A stretch of DNA of 64,000 nt from Cyanophyceae cyanobacterium (lineage in GTDB: Bacteria; Cyanobacteriota; Cyanobacteriia; Cyanobacteriales; Laspinemataceae), in NCBI GenBank assembly GCA_038321985.1, contig JBBQFN010000005.1, positions 96,001-160,000 of the forward strand, read 5' to 3'. This document shows, one piece after another, positions 1 through 10,454 of the stretch. A model generated the notes under the pieces. That model made no database searches. It saw only the letters and a program-made list of their open reading frames with translations, and had not been told where the DNA came from. Position 1 is the first letter of the stretch. The number at the start of each line of letters is the position of its first letter. The translations under genes and the position numbers were made by a program.

Positions 1-189
1 TGGGGTTGCCAGGATTTTATCCTCTTCAGCGAGTTGAGGATTTTTCAAGACATCAATAACTTTGAGTGCATAAACCCCTTCAAATTCTTGCTCTAAGATA
101 TCTTTAAGTGTTTTTAAAGCTCGTACCGAATTGGGGGTATTCCCCGCAACGTAAAGTTTGAGAACGTAGGTTTTTCTGGGATTAATCAT
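1..189 (-). CDS. kaiB: Circadian clock protein KaiB (5' part; runs off the left edge)
   Basis: Manual translation from ATG at 189: [63 protein letters not shown], the canonical KaiB N-terminus; directly downstream of kaiA; absent from the ORF track. Confidence 0.97.
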   Translation of the reverse strand, partial: MINPRKTYVLKLYVAGNTPNSVRALKTLKDILEQEFEGVYALKVIDVLKNPQLAEEDKILATP

Positions 190-248
190 GGATTCACGGT
201 GTAAATTTTGAATACAGAAGAAAAAGAGGGGTTGGGAGTGAAGAGCGA

Positions 249-1274
249 TTACGCATCTCTAGGAATCGATCGCCGATACATTTCACATAAATGTGCAATA
301 ATATCAATAAGAGTTAATCGGTAGTCTAAGAGAATTTCTTCACTGCGCCCTTCGAGTTTGAGCTGCTTAGAAAAGTCATCCATTAAATCCATGTGTATTT
401 CCACGATCTGCGTTACCGAAATATCAGCCAAAAAAGCGGTACTGACCATCTCATCAATTTTTTGATTGAGGGAGCCATCCGTTGAGAAGTAATTCAAAAC
501 GATATCACGATATTCGCCTTTAAGTTCATCTAAAAAATGTTGCCGCTCCGCTGGGGGCAAGTTACGCAGAAAACGTTTGGGATTGCGTTTGTAGTACACG
601 CCTAGATATCCTAATCGCTCCCTCAATTTCTCCGCCAGCCGATCTTGCGGAGGGCCGAGAAAGTTCTGGGTAGATGTGGCTGTTGAGGAATTTGGGGTAG
701 ATTCACTGGGATCCGGTTCCCAGGAGACTGGGGAGAAGTTAATAAACTGGGTAATGCCTTTTTCAATGTAACGACCAATCTCCGCCAGTTGAGAAAGGGA
801 AATATGGGCTTCAGCCGTATGGTAGACCACTTTGGAAGAGAAAAAATTGCCATTTTCAGAGGATGTAGCGGAAGTTAGAAGGTTCTCGTTAACTTCAAGA
901 GTTGCATTTTGGGCTGATTCACTGGCTTGATGTGAACCCAGATGCACAATTACCGCAGGCAGGAGAGTCGATTGTTGCTGGAGTTGATGGGTCAGGACCT
1001 TTAAGTTCGGATGAGCTTGTAAAATTAAACAGTCAAGCTGTTGTTTTTCTCCTTCGACGAAGGTAAAAAACTCATCAGTCCCCTTAAAATAAGTGAGCGC
1101 ATAACGATCGCTCTCCAAAAACTGGTTAAGCGATTGCGCCAGGGTATCCGATGGCCCGAAAGTACAAATAGAGAGTTTGGGTTGCAAAACGTTATTAGAA
1201 AAATGGATGTTCCAATTGATTACTCGTGCAGCAGCAATGTTGACTTGCCCTGCCGCCATTGACTGGTGGCTCAA
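249..1274 (-). CDS. kaiA: Circadian clock protein KaiA (long form with N-terminal pseudo-receiver); true start may be TTG at 1187
   Basis: C-terminal KaiA signature [21 protein letters not shown]...[33 protein letters not shown]; upstream of kaiB. Confidence 0.97.
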   Translation of the reverse strand: MSHQSMAAGQVNIAAARVINWNIHFSNNVLQPKLSICTFGPSDTLAQSLNQFLESDRYALTYFKGTDEFFTFVEGEKQQLDCLILQAHPNLKVLTHQLQQQSTLLPAVIVHLGSHQASESAQNATLEVNENLLTSATSSENGNFFSSKVVYHTAEAHISLSQLAEIGRYIEKGITQFINFSPVSWEPDPSESTPNSSTATSTQNFLGPPQDRLAEKLRERLGYLGVYYKRNPKRFLRNLPPAERQHFLDELKGEYRDIVLNYFSTDGSLNQKIDEMVSTAFLADISVTQIVEIHMDLMDDFSKQLKLEGRSEEILLDYRLTLIDIIAHLCEMYRRSIPRDA

Positions 1275-1588
1275 GGCTTAGTTAAACATTCAAGCCAACA
1301 CTCTAACTAATTGTACTGGTTTGCTATGCCTCACACCCCATTCAGAGCGATAATTGATGTCTAGCTGGAGTGGTGAGTGGTTTTCCTCTCCCCCAAAATA
1401 CGATTCCCTGGTGATGGGTATATCCGTTATCCCCATTATTGACCCTACACCCGGGAGCAGAATGTACTCGGGCTTAGAGTAAACGCCCTCTAGAATGGCA
1501 TCCTTGAGGGAACCCTCCGACTGCTATGAGTTGCCGTTAACTCAAGACTCTTTTTTGATTTTCTCAAAATCTTCATCCCGAGTTCCCT

Positions 1589-4500
1589 ATGTTAAAGACT
1601 CCCCTACTCTTAGAAGAATTTATCCTCCCCACGCCTGTATGTCTGCAAACGGTAAGTATAGCAGAGTTGTGGCAGCGCTTGAGCGTCAGCGCGGGGCGGA
1701 TGTCAGCTTTTGAGCGCCTCATCCTGGTCGATGAGGGGGAAACTCCGGTGGGCGTTCTGGATGTGGGGGGTTTATTCCTGAATTTGTTACAGGGAGAGAG
1801 TTCGGCTCAGGAGTTGGGGTTGAGTGATCCGAGAAAGGGTCTACCTCACACGGATTTATCAACTTTGATGGCCCGCTTCTGCGCCAATTTAGAAATTTGG
1901 CAGCAACCTGTCGCCCAATTAAGTCCAGGGGCGATCGCCTCGGTGCAGAGCGTTCCGGCTGATTTCACCTTAGCTCAGTTCTGGGAAAGACTCCAAACAC
2001 CAGATGAGGGCCAATTTAGGCAACGGGAGTGGGTTGTGGTAGATGCCGAGGGCAAAGGCTTAGGGTTGTTGGATTTTCCCCGGGCGATCGCAGCTTTGGC
2101 CCAAAATACCACTCTTGTTCCCCGGAGTGCCGGGTTTCTAGGGGAAAGGTCCGTGGGCCTGTCTGTTCCGAGTCTGGTTCCGGGTTCCCCTTCCGGGGCC
2201 GTTCACCCCCTGGGACAACTCCTAGAAGAAATCCCCTTGCCGATGAAGTTGCAAACCTCGGCCGGTAAAGTAGCCAGTCATAACCAAGCATGGCGTACCT
2301 ACTTCAACTCATCCCCGGGTGCGGATCTGGAATCTTTGGAGGAACTGCGAACCCCATTAGAACCCACTTCAAATCGGGAACCGGACCACTTAGAACAGCC
2401 GGACTCTGAATCCCTGAGTTTGGGTTTATGCCCTATGCCTAAGGGGTCGGACCGAGTGTGGCAGTTTGTAAAAATCCCGATCGGTCTTGCCTTGTCTTCG
2501 CGATCGGCTCACCAGTCAGGGTCTGATCACCCCGTTGACCCTCAAGCCCCCCGAGTGAAACAGACCCCCCCAGAAGAGTCCATTGAGGATCTAGCCAACT
2601 CCGGGCGAGCGGATGTGGCACAGAACGAACCCCTCTGGTTGGTGTTGGCTCAGGATGTGACGGTTCAGCAGCAAGTTGCCAAAGAACTGGCTGCCAAAAA
2701 TGCCGATTTAATGCAGCTTAACCGACTCAAGGATGAATTTCTCGCCTGTATCAGTCACGAACTCAAAACCCCCCTCACCGCAGTTCTAGGGTTATCCAGT
2801 CTGCTCAAGGAAAGGACCCTCGGCCCCCTGAGCGATCGCCAAGCTCGCTATGCGCAAATGATCTACACGAGCGGGCGACATCTGATGAATGTGGTCAACG
2901 ATATCTTAGATCTAACCCGGATCGAGAGCGGACAAATGGAATTGATTCTCGAACCCGTATGTATCCCTGAAGTGTGCGATCGCGCCTTTGACCAAGCTAA
3001 ACAGTCCCATCATCCCTCGGACTCCCCGGCTCATGGCTCTAGCAGCAATGCCCCGATTACGGAACTGGAAATCCCATTTACCCTCGAACTAGAACCCGGT
3101 TTACCGGGCCTGATCGCGGACGAATTGCGCCTGGGGCAGATGCTGTACAACCTGATTTCCAACGCTATTAAATTTACTGCCAACGGGGGGGAAATCGGCC
3201 TCAAGGTCAATCGCTGGGAAGGTTGGTTGGCTTTTACCGTCTGGGATACAGGGATTGGAATCCCTGCCCAAAAGCAGCACTTGATTTTTCAAAAGTTCCA
3301 ACAATTAGAAAATCCCATGACGCGCCAGTTTGAGGGAACGGGGTTGGGATTGGCATTAACCCAGCGCCTTGCTCGTGCTCATGGAGGTGATGTTACCTTT
3401 ATTTCAAAAGAAGGGGTGGGGAGTGAGTTTACCCTGCTTTTACCCCCTTGTCCCCCGCAACCGACGACGACCCTTACGGAACGAGCCGCCCCTACGAAGA
3501 ATCGCTTGATTTTAATTGTGGAAGCGGTGCCTCGATATATTGATGATTTGACCGAACGGTTTAATGAGTTGGGCTATCGGGTGGCGATCGCCCGTGCAGG
3601 CACTGAGGCTGTGGAAAAAGCTCGGCGCTTACAGCCTCGGGCTATTTTCTTGAATTTATTCCTGCCGATGCTATCCGGCTGGGACGTGCTCACCCTCCTC
3701 AAATCCGACCCCCAAACCCGACATATTCCGGCGATTGTCATGGCAACAGAGGTGGATAAGGAACGGGCGCTGCGGGCTTCCTGTGATGGGTTTCTAACCC
3801 TGCCTGTTGTCGGGGACTCCCTCGAAAAAACCCTAGAGGCGTTAATGCAGAACCCGAAAGATGATAGCTTGGCAACGCCGCAAACGACCCTGACGGTGTT
3901 ACGCCTGAGTCCATTTGACCCAGATTATCGCGATATCGACGGGCGATCGCCTTGTGATTCCATTGACGAGTTAAGCGATCAACTCAACGGATTACTAGCC
4001 TCGGGGTTAAACCTGAGTGTGTCCTATCATTATCGGGTTTTAGAAGCCGACGATCTCGAACAAGCCGAATTATTGGCCCGAGTTTGGCATCTGGACGCAA
4101 TCTTGCTGGATCCGGCCCATCGCCTCCAGAACTCCAGTGCCTTTATCCAACAACTGAGTCACTATCCGGCCCTGGCTGCGGTCCCTCTGGTGACTCTGGA
4201 TCGCCAAATTGCGGTATTCGCATCCCAAATTCCGGGTTTGACAGTGTTTCCTTATCTACAGCCGGTTCGGACCAGTGACACGGAAGATGAGGCGGATTGG
4301 CCGAATGCAGCAGCTTTATTACAAGCGGTGGAAATAGCCGTGGGAATGAGTTCTAAACCGGCAATTTTAGCTATTGATATCTCCATTCTGTCTCAGTTTC
4401 CCGACCCACAAACGGCGATCGCCCCAGGGCAGTCACAGCTTGGCCGTTTAGCTGTCGATTCTGCCGCGACTAAAAACGAGTGGCTACAAGTCTCGATCCA

Positions 4501-4864
4501 ATATATTCAAACCGCTGGGTTTAGATGTTGGATGGGTCGTTCTTGGTCGGAAGTCTGGCAGCAATTGCAACACCATAGTGTTGATTTACTCTTGATTTGT
4601 GTCCCCGATTCTGTCCCCTGTGAGTTTCCGATTGAGGCGTTGAAAGTGTTGGAACAGCTTCCTGATCGACCGGCCATTTTGATTGTTGATCGCTCAGTTG
4701 ATGCTAAGGAAGCAGGCATGACTTTAGAACCGGACGGAATTTCCATCCGTGAGGCGATCGGCGAACTTCGGTCGGCTTTAAGAACCCTTTCTACCCAAAT
4801 GTTACCGTCTACAGTATCGATGGAAGAGTTATTGGATGTGATTAATCAAGTCCTCAAAATTTGA
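1589..4864 (+). CDS. Hybrid sensor histidine kinase: CBS-like pair, PAS-like segment, HisKA, HATPase and three degenerate receiver domains
   Basis: H-box EFLACISHELKTPL, N-box NLISNAIKFT, G1 DTGIGI, G2 GTGLGL; first receiver LILIVE...IFLNLFLPMLSGWDVL. Confidence 0.9.
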   Translation: MLKTPLLLEEFILPTPVCLQTVSIAELWQRLSVSAGRMSAFERLILVDEGETPVGVLDVGGLFLNLLQGESSAQELGLSDPRKGLPHTDLSTLMARFCANLEIWQQPVAQLSPGAIASVQSVPADFTLAQFWERLQTPDEGQFRQREWVVVDAEGKGLGLLDFPRAIAALAQNTTLVPRSAGFLGERSVGLSVPSLVPGSPSGAVHPLGQLLEEIPLPMKLQTSAGKVASHNQAWRTYFNSSPGADLESLEELRTPLEPTSNREPDHLEQPDSESLSLGLCPMPKGSDRVWQFVKIPIGLALSSRSAHQSGSDHPVDPQAPRVKQTPPEESIEDLANSGRADVAQNEPLWLVLAQDVTVQQQVAKELAAKNADLMQLNRLKDEFLACISHELKTPLTAVLGLSSLLKERTLGPLSDRQARYAQMIYTSGRHLMNVVNDILDLTRIESGQMELILEPVCIPEVCDRAFDQAKQSHHPSDSPAHGSSSNAPITELEIPFTLELEPGLPGLIADELRLGQMLYNLISNAIKFTANGGEIGLKVNRWEGWLAFTVWDTGIGIPAQKQHLIFQKFQQLENPMTRQFEGTGLGLALTQRLARAHGGDVTFISKEGVGSEFTLLLPPCPPQPTTTLTERAAPTKNRLILIVEAVPRYIDDLTERFNELGYRVAIARAGTEAVEKARRLQPRAIFLNLFLPMLSGWDVLTLLKSDPQTRHIPAIVMATEVDKERALRASCDGFLTLPVVGDSLEKTLEALMQNPKDDSLATPQTTLTVLRLSPFDPDYRDIDGRSPCDSIDELSDQLNGLLASGLNLSVSYHYRVLEADDLEQAELLARVWHLDAILLDPAHRLQNSSAFIQQLSHYPALAAVPLVTLDRQIAVFASQIPGLTVFPYLQPVRTSDTEDEADWPNAAALLQAVEIAVGMSSKPAILAIDISILSQFPDPQTAIAPGQSQLGRLAVDSAATKNEWLQVSIQYIQTAGFRCWMGRSWSEVWQQLQHHSVDLLLICVPDSVPCEFPIEALKVLEQLPDRPAILIVDRSVDAKEAGMTLEPDGISIREAIGELRSALRTLSTQMLPSTVSMEELLDVINQVLKI

Positions 4865-5087
4865 ATCGGCGACAACGAGATTATAACGGGTTCATGACTT
4901 ATTTTTGGACTCGGGGGGGAAATGCAAAATTGGAGGCTTGGCCTCCTTTTTATAACAGCTTTAAATCATTCCTATAATAGAACTATAAAATAAAGGAGTG
5001 CAATCTTCTAGCTCGCTATGGGGCGGGGGTAAGCAAACAAGATGTCTGCCTCCAGCACTCTACGCCAAGGCACTCCCTAAAAAATTA

Positions 5088-7046
5088 TCATCCTTCCTCT
5101 TTTATCCCTCTTTCCGTAGGCGTAAAAAACTGTTTTGGCATCTCTACTAGCCAGTAATTGCCCCGTTGAGCTACCAGGTGATAAGTTTCAGAATTTTCAA
5201 TTTCCAATCCCTTGATTTTATCGGGATATCCTAACACCAAAAAAGGTAGTAAATTGGAATTTTTTGCCGCTAATTCTTGCAAATACTCTCGGGCATGAGT
5301 TGAGCGCCTAAAAAATTGAATGGGTTGATGACTATAAAAAACTAAACTCGGTTTTTCAAAGGCCACCATCACCACTTCTTGTTCCGGTTGTTTGACCTGT
5401 TCGATAATTTCTGCCAGTTGACGGACTGGCAATTGCCGTTCAGCATCAAAGATAAAATAAACGGGGATAACCGCTACCATAAAAAGTGCCAAAAATCCAG
5501 CAATATTCACGACCATGAGCCATCGCCATTGCCGTATTAATATCAGAATTATTCCCATTAAAGAACTGGTGATTAAAATCAAAGCCCCTCGTTCTATTAT
5601 ACCTGAATCGGTCAAAACTTGGGGGAATTTGGGCATTGCTGGGTCTGGGGTTAAAATGCTGGGACTGTAGAGAATAGCACCTGCCATTAATAATAATAAG
5701 ACTAAGTTTCCGAGGATGGAACCTTTCACCCCTAAGCCGAATCGATTCGGTTTACCATTAGTGTCAGATTTAAAGGTTTCTTCACTCCAGAACAAGGCGA
5801 CTAAAATTGCGGCAGCAGGGAGGGCAGGGAGAATATAACTGGGAAGTTTGGTTACAGCAACGGTAAAGAAAATAAAGATACTGCCTAACCAAAATAAGGC
5901 AAATAAACCCAGATGATTGGCCCGGGGTTGATTGCGCCAGCGATCGCGTTTCCAAAACCGTAACCGGGCGATCGCAATGGGTAAATAAATCGACCACGGG
6001 GAAAATCCGGCTAAAAGGACTAAAAAGTAAAAATACCAGGCTGCACTGTGGTTGTTAACGACCTGAGTAAAGCGTTCAAAGTTATGATACCCAAAAAATG
6101 TATCAATATAAGTTTGACCATTGGCTAATATTACTAAAATGTACCAAGGCAGGGCAATTCCTACTACAATTAAAATCCCACGGAGGGGTTTCATTTCTTT
6201 TAGTAATTCTTTCACTTGTCCCAGGTAAATTGCAAATGATCCAATAATTAACCCTGGCAATACTAATCCCACCGGCCCTTTAGTAAGAATAGCCAAGGCG
6301 ATTAAAATGTAAAAAATTACATACCAGAAATCCGCTGTCAAAACTCGACTGGGTTTTACTTCTTTTTCAGCAGCGGTTAAGGCTGCTTCCCTAAAGCCTT
6401 CAGTATCTGAAAGATGATTGTTTCCGAGTAGATTCCCCGAATTTAGGAACTTATGGGGACTAGCATATCCCCAGAAAAAAGCCATTAAAGCACTTCCCAT
6501 GCAAGCACTCAATAACATATCAGAAACACCAATACGCCCCCAAGCAATAGTTTGAAAATTCAAGGCGGCGATCGCCCCCCCGAGTCCGGCACAAAACCAG
6601 GCTTTTCGAGGGATGTTTCGGGTAGGTTCCGGTTCTCCTATTTCTGAATGAAGAGAAGATTGGGGAACCGTAAAATAAAGCAGGGTGAAAAACACAAAAA
6701 ACATCAGGGCGATCGCCGATAAAGCCGAAGGCAGACGTACCGCCCATTCATTCACTCCAAAAATTTGGTAGGCGATCGCCATCAACCAATAAATCAAGGG
6801 TGGCTTATCAAATCTCGTTTCTTCATTAAAATAGGGAGTAACCCAATCCCCAGTCACCGCCATTTGTCGAGCAGCTTCTGCAAATAAGGGTTCGGTTTCA
6901 TCGACTAACCCCACGCTGCCTAATTCCCATAAAAAAGCAATCCAGCCAATCCCCATTAGCCCCAAAATTGATAATAGTAAGGTCAACTTAGGATTTACCC
7001 TTACCTTATTATCATTATCCCAAAATCGATTCAGTTGAAGTTTCAT
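5088..7046 (-). CDS. ArnT/PMT-family (GT-C) integral membrane glycosyltransferase
   Basis: LVDETEPLFAEAARQM..TGDWVTP, RFDKPPLIYW, EWAVRLPSA, LTKGPVG and TKLPSYILP motifs; many TM segments. Confidence 0.9.
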   Translation of the reverse strand: MKLQLNRFWDNDNKVRVNPKLTLLLSILGLMGIGWIAFLWELGSVGLVDETEPLFAEAARQMAVTGDWVTPYFNEETRFDKPPLIYWLMAIAYQIFGVNEWAVRLPSALSAIALMFFVFFTLLYFTVPQSSLHSEIGEPEPTRNIPRKAWFCAGLGGAIAALNFQTIAWGRIGVSDMLLSACMGSALMAFFWGYASPHKFLNSGNLLGNNHLSDTEGFREAALTAAEKEVKPSRVLTADFWYVIFYILIALAILTKGPVGLVLPGLIIGSFAIYLGQVKELLKEMKPLRGILIVVGIALPWYILVILANGQTYIDTFFGYHNFERFTQVVNNHSAAWYFYFLVLLAGFSPWSIYLPIAIARLRFWKRDRWRNQPRANHLGLFALFWLGSIFIFFTVAVTKLPSYILPALPAAAILVALFWSEETFKSDTNGKPNRFGLGVKGSILGNLVLLLLMAGAILYSPSILTPDPAMPKFPQVLTDSGIIERGALILITSSLMGIILILIRQWRWLMVVNIAGFLALFMVAVIPVYFIFDAERQLPVRQLAEIIEQVKQPEQEVVMVAFEKPSLVFYSHQPIQFFRRSTHAREYLQELAAKNSNLLPFLVLGYPDKIKGLEIENSETYHLVAQRGNYWLVEMPKQFFTPTERGIKEEG

Positions 7047-7449
7047 CGGTTATGTATCTAAAGTCCGTTGTTTTTTGAGTTATTTCCTAGGGGTTTGATC
7101 CGATTTGATTTGAGCGGAATTTACAAACAGTTTAAGGACGGAGACCTCTATTAATTTCCTATGTTAGTCTGGAGATCAGGTAACCCCGGGGGGACCGCGA
7201 TCGCGAAAAGGGAGATGGGGTAGGTTGTGTCTTACCCTCGATCCTTTCCCCGATAGTAGCCAGGAACAGAGCTAGAATATGCTATTGTATCTAAAAACCC
7301 GGCAAATGCTTCTTTCTGGGTTGGGATACAGGATTGAGATGACATCTTTGAGTTGCGATCACCGGGGCGATTTGTCGATGTCAGCATAGGGTCTCTGGTT
7401 GAAACAGTCCCAGAAACGGCTAAATTTGCTATTTAAAATGATATGAGCT

Positions 7450-7782
7450 ATGCAGAATACCCGTCTGAACAGCCTGTTGGATGGCACGGTTTCCGAACTA
7501 AAGCAAACGTTACGCAATCCGTGGCGACGGATATCCGTGCTGCTGATTAGCTTTTTAATGGGTAATTTTGTAGGAACAGCTATTGCAACGATCGCCGGAC
7601 AAAATGCCAACTTAGATGTGATGGTAGCAGCCATCTTAATCGTAACAGCAGAAGTTTATAGCTATTTTTTCTATCGGATTCATGACCAAATGAAGCGCTC
7701 AATCTTGGCCCAGGGGATTAATGCCTTCAAAATAGGCGTGATTTACAATTTATTTGTACTCGCCTTTACTCTGGGTTCTTAA
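7450..7782 (+). CDS. ycf20: Ycf20/DUF565 family membrane protein
   Basis: MQNTRL...NPWRR...FKIG..Y.LF..AF.LGS pattern typical of DUF565. Confidence 0.8.
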   Translation: MQNTRLNSLLDGTVSELKQTLRNPWRRISVLLISFLMGNFVGTAIATIAGQNANLDVMVAAILIVTAEVYSYFFYRIHDQMKRSILAQGINAFKIGVIYNLFVLAFTLGS

Positions 7783-7825
7783 TCCAATGGAATGCCATTT
7801 TCAGGGATTTGAGGGGGATTAATTC

Positions 7826-8902
7826 ATGAGCCCAGAGTTGGCGATCGCCTCGGTTATGGCACAGTGGCAGCAGGGACATCCCCCTACAGCATCAACCTGG
7901 GACGAGTTAATCCAGAGGGAACTAGCGGACTGCCAACGTGCCCAGGCGTATGGAATTTCCCCAGAAAATGTTGAGTCCAACCTGACGGCGCGATCGCAGG
8001 CATGGGAGAAACTTCTCCCCCACCTGGATCACTTCCCATTTCCCGGAGATCACAGACTGGAACTGTTATGGCAATTTTGGTTACCTTTGGCGATGAAACT
8101 CGCAAGCAGTCGCCAGGAGTTAGGACGACCCTGGATTCAAGGAATTTTAGGAGGACAGGGAACCGGAAAAACGACCTTGGGGAGAATTTTAACCTGGATT
8201 TTGAGTCATCTGAAATATTCTACCTTGGCCCTTTCTCTTGATGACCTTTATAAAACTTATTCCGAACGACAGCAGTTGCGCCAGAAGGACCCGCGCCTGA
8301 TCTGGCGAGGGCCGCCAGGGACTCACGATGTCGAGTTAGGGATAACCCTGCTGGATTGCTTACGAAGTCCCGATGGACAACCGATTTCTGTCCCGCGTTT
8401 TGATAAATCTCTGGGGGGGGGACAAGGCGATCGCACGGCCCCAGAAATCGTCAAGGGTGCAGATATCGTATTATTAGAAGGGTGGTTTGTGGGGGTGCGT
8501 CCAGTGGATCCGGCAGTGTTTGAGACTCCCCCAGCGCCAATTATCACCGAATCAGACCGGATTTTTGCCCGAGATATGAATCACCGGTTAGAGGATTATC
8601 TGCCCCTGTGGGACCGACTAGATGGGTTAATGGTGTTGTACCCCCAGGATTATCGCCGGAGTTTGCAGTGGCGGATGCAGGCGGAATGGGAAATGAAGGC
8701 CCAGGGGAAGGGAGGTATGAGTGATGCGGAAATTGGGGAATTTGTGGAGTATTTTTGGAAGGCGTTACATCCGGAGTTATTTCTGAGCCCCCTGTTGTCT
8801 GAGGGTTCCCATGTGGATTTGGCTGTGGAAATGGGGGGCGATCGCCGTATTACCGCAGTTTACAGTCCGAGGCAGAGTAGAAGAACCTCAGGCATCGGCT
8901 GA
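7826..8902 (+). CDS. D-glycerate 3-kinase (plant-type GLYK)
   Basis: P-loop GILGGQGTGKTT, LSLDDLY, RGPPGTHD, VPRFDKSL..GQGDR, LEGWFVG, WRMQAE. Confidence 0.85.
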   Translation: MSPELAIASVMAQWQQGHPPTASTWDELIQRELADCQRAQAYGISPENVESNLTARSQAWEKLLPHLDHFPFPGDHRLELLWQFWLPLAMKLASSRQELGRPWIQGILGGQGTGKTTLGRILTWILSHLKYSTLALSLDDLYKTYSERQQLRQKDPRLIWRGPPGTHDVELGITLLDCLRSPDGQPISVPRFDKSLGGGQGDRTAPEIVKGADIVLLEGWFVGVRPVDPAVFETPPAPIITESDRIFARDMNHRLEDYLPLWDRLDGLMVLYPQDYRRSLQWRMQAEWEMKAQGKGGMSDAEIGEFVEYFWKALHPELFLSPLLSEGSHVDLAVEMGGDRRITAVYSPRQSRRTSGIG

Positions 8903-9076
8903 TTTTTTCCCGTCGGGGTCAGGGAAATTTTCATCTCCCCTCCCTAGATATCAGACAGGAGTAGCGGGAAGATTTCCGAGGCAAGAATTGCCAATTGCCA
9001 AGATTAGATTTAATTGAGTGCGTCAACAACGGGCAAAACTTGATAGAGTCAATTGCAGGAGTCTCCCCGATAGTTA

Positions 9077-9712
9077 ATGTTGTATTCTATGTTTTATTCT
9101 GGGTTGCGTGCTGGTAGCATCCGTGTCAAGAAAAGTCTAAATTCAGCAGTTGACGTATGTCGAGAGATGGCGAAACGGCTGATTTTAGCGACGGTAATGG
9201 TAAGTTGTCTGGGGTTAATGCTGACCCCAGGGGCGATCGCCGGTCTGAATGATGATAACTTTGATGGCAACATTTATGCCCTCTATGGTGGCAACGGTTC
9301 TTTAGTACCGCCCAGAGTCTCCCTAGAACAGTCCCTCTCTCGGGACGATCGCGCCACAATAGTAGTGTTTTTCCTCGATGACAGCAGCGATTGCAAGCAG
9401 TACACTGCCGTTGTCTCCCAGCTTCAGGCATTTTACGGACGCGCCGCTGATATTTTACCCCTAAATGTGGATGCGATTCCGGTCAAGGATAAATATGAGC
9501 CCACAGAACCGGGGTATTATTATTCTGGGGTTGTCCCCCAAACCGTGGTCCTCGATTTAGAGGGTAAAGTCGTCTATGACGGCAAGGGACAAGTCTCTTA
9601 TGAGTCCATTGATGATGTGTTGCGCCAGGTTTACGACTTGCTCCCGCGATCGGAATCAATCGACCTCAAACGGCGTGCTCCCAATGAGGTGAGTGTCGAA
9701 CTCTCTCGCTAA
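9077..9712 (+). CDS. Thioredoxin-like thylakoid protein (photosystem I accumulation factor type); start may be later (about 9167)
   Basis: Signal-like N-terminus, DDNFDGNIYALYGGNGSLVPP, FFLDDSSDCKQY (SxxC), cis-Pro motif VPQTVVLD. Confidence 0.75.
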   Translation: MLYSMFYSGLRAGSIRVKKSLNSAVDVCREMAKRLILATVMVSCLGLMLTPGAIAGLNDDNFDGNIYALYGGNGSLVPPRVSLEQSLSRDDRATIVVFFLDDSSDCKQYTAVVSQLQAFYGRAADILPLNVDAIPVKDKYEPTEPGYYYSGVVPQTVVLDLEGKVVYDGKGQVSYESIDDVLRQVYDLLPRSESIDLKRRAPNEVSVELSR

Positions 9713-10454
9713 TTCCCCAACCGGGGAGTTGATGGGCCCAGGGAGTGACGGCCCAATCCCCAGGCGGTTTTGCCCCCATCCTTGGGTCTATCTGGACTAG
9801 CCCCTCCCCGGTTTAACCCGTATAAAACTTCCCAGAAAACCTTCTAGGGAACGTTCACCCTAATAATTTTACGGTTGACAACAAGATCGGGTTATGATAA
9901 GTATGCTCTGGGTTGGTAATTTCCGAAAAAATTGGCAACCTTGATTATAAATCCTGTTTATAAATTGAGTCTAATTGCCGATGTTCGACCTAAAGAAGCT
10001 CTGAGATAATAAAAGGACTACCCTAATATTCAGTCACCAAATCGGCATTCCTATGTTGCTGTTGTGCTCAATACCTTTCCCGTGGCGATCGCTACCCAAA
10101 TTATGGGGAAACTATTAGAAGACAAGGATGAGTACCACCCCCTGAGCGACCAGAAGAACGAGGTTTCAGGCTATCCTTTAGCTAAGTTCTCGAGTGGGGT
10201 ATCGTTCACCCCAACAAACCGATACCCCCAACTCTTTTCCATTAATTAACCGGGGCGGCTCAAGAGAAGGTAAATATCTGGGTCTTAGGGGTGTGAATAA
10301 TAGAGACTAGCGGGTGTATTTATTTTTGTATTAGCGATCGCAAAGCAAAAAATTGCATTGTTGAGTGGGGCATCTAATCTACAGAACATTTGTTAAAAAA
10401 TACGCATCTTAGAACAAAGAGTATTAACCTCAGTTCGGTGCATCCGAAAAGACA

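Noticed and set aside
9713..10454. Long intergenic region with a 61-aa ORF (10064..10249) and TTGACA at 9875
   Set aside because: No recognisable protein features or RBS, and no well-spaced -10; probably the regulatory region of the sugar transferase
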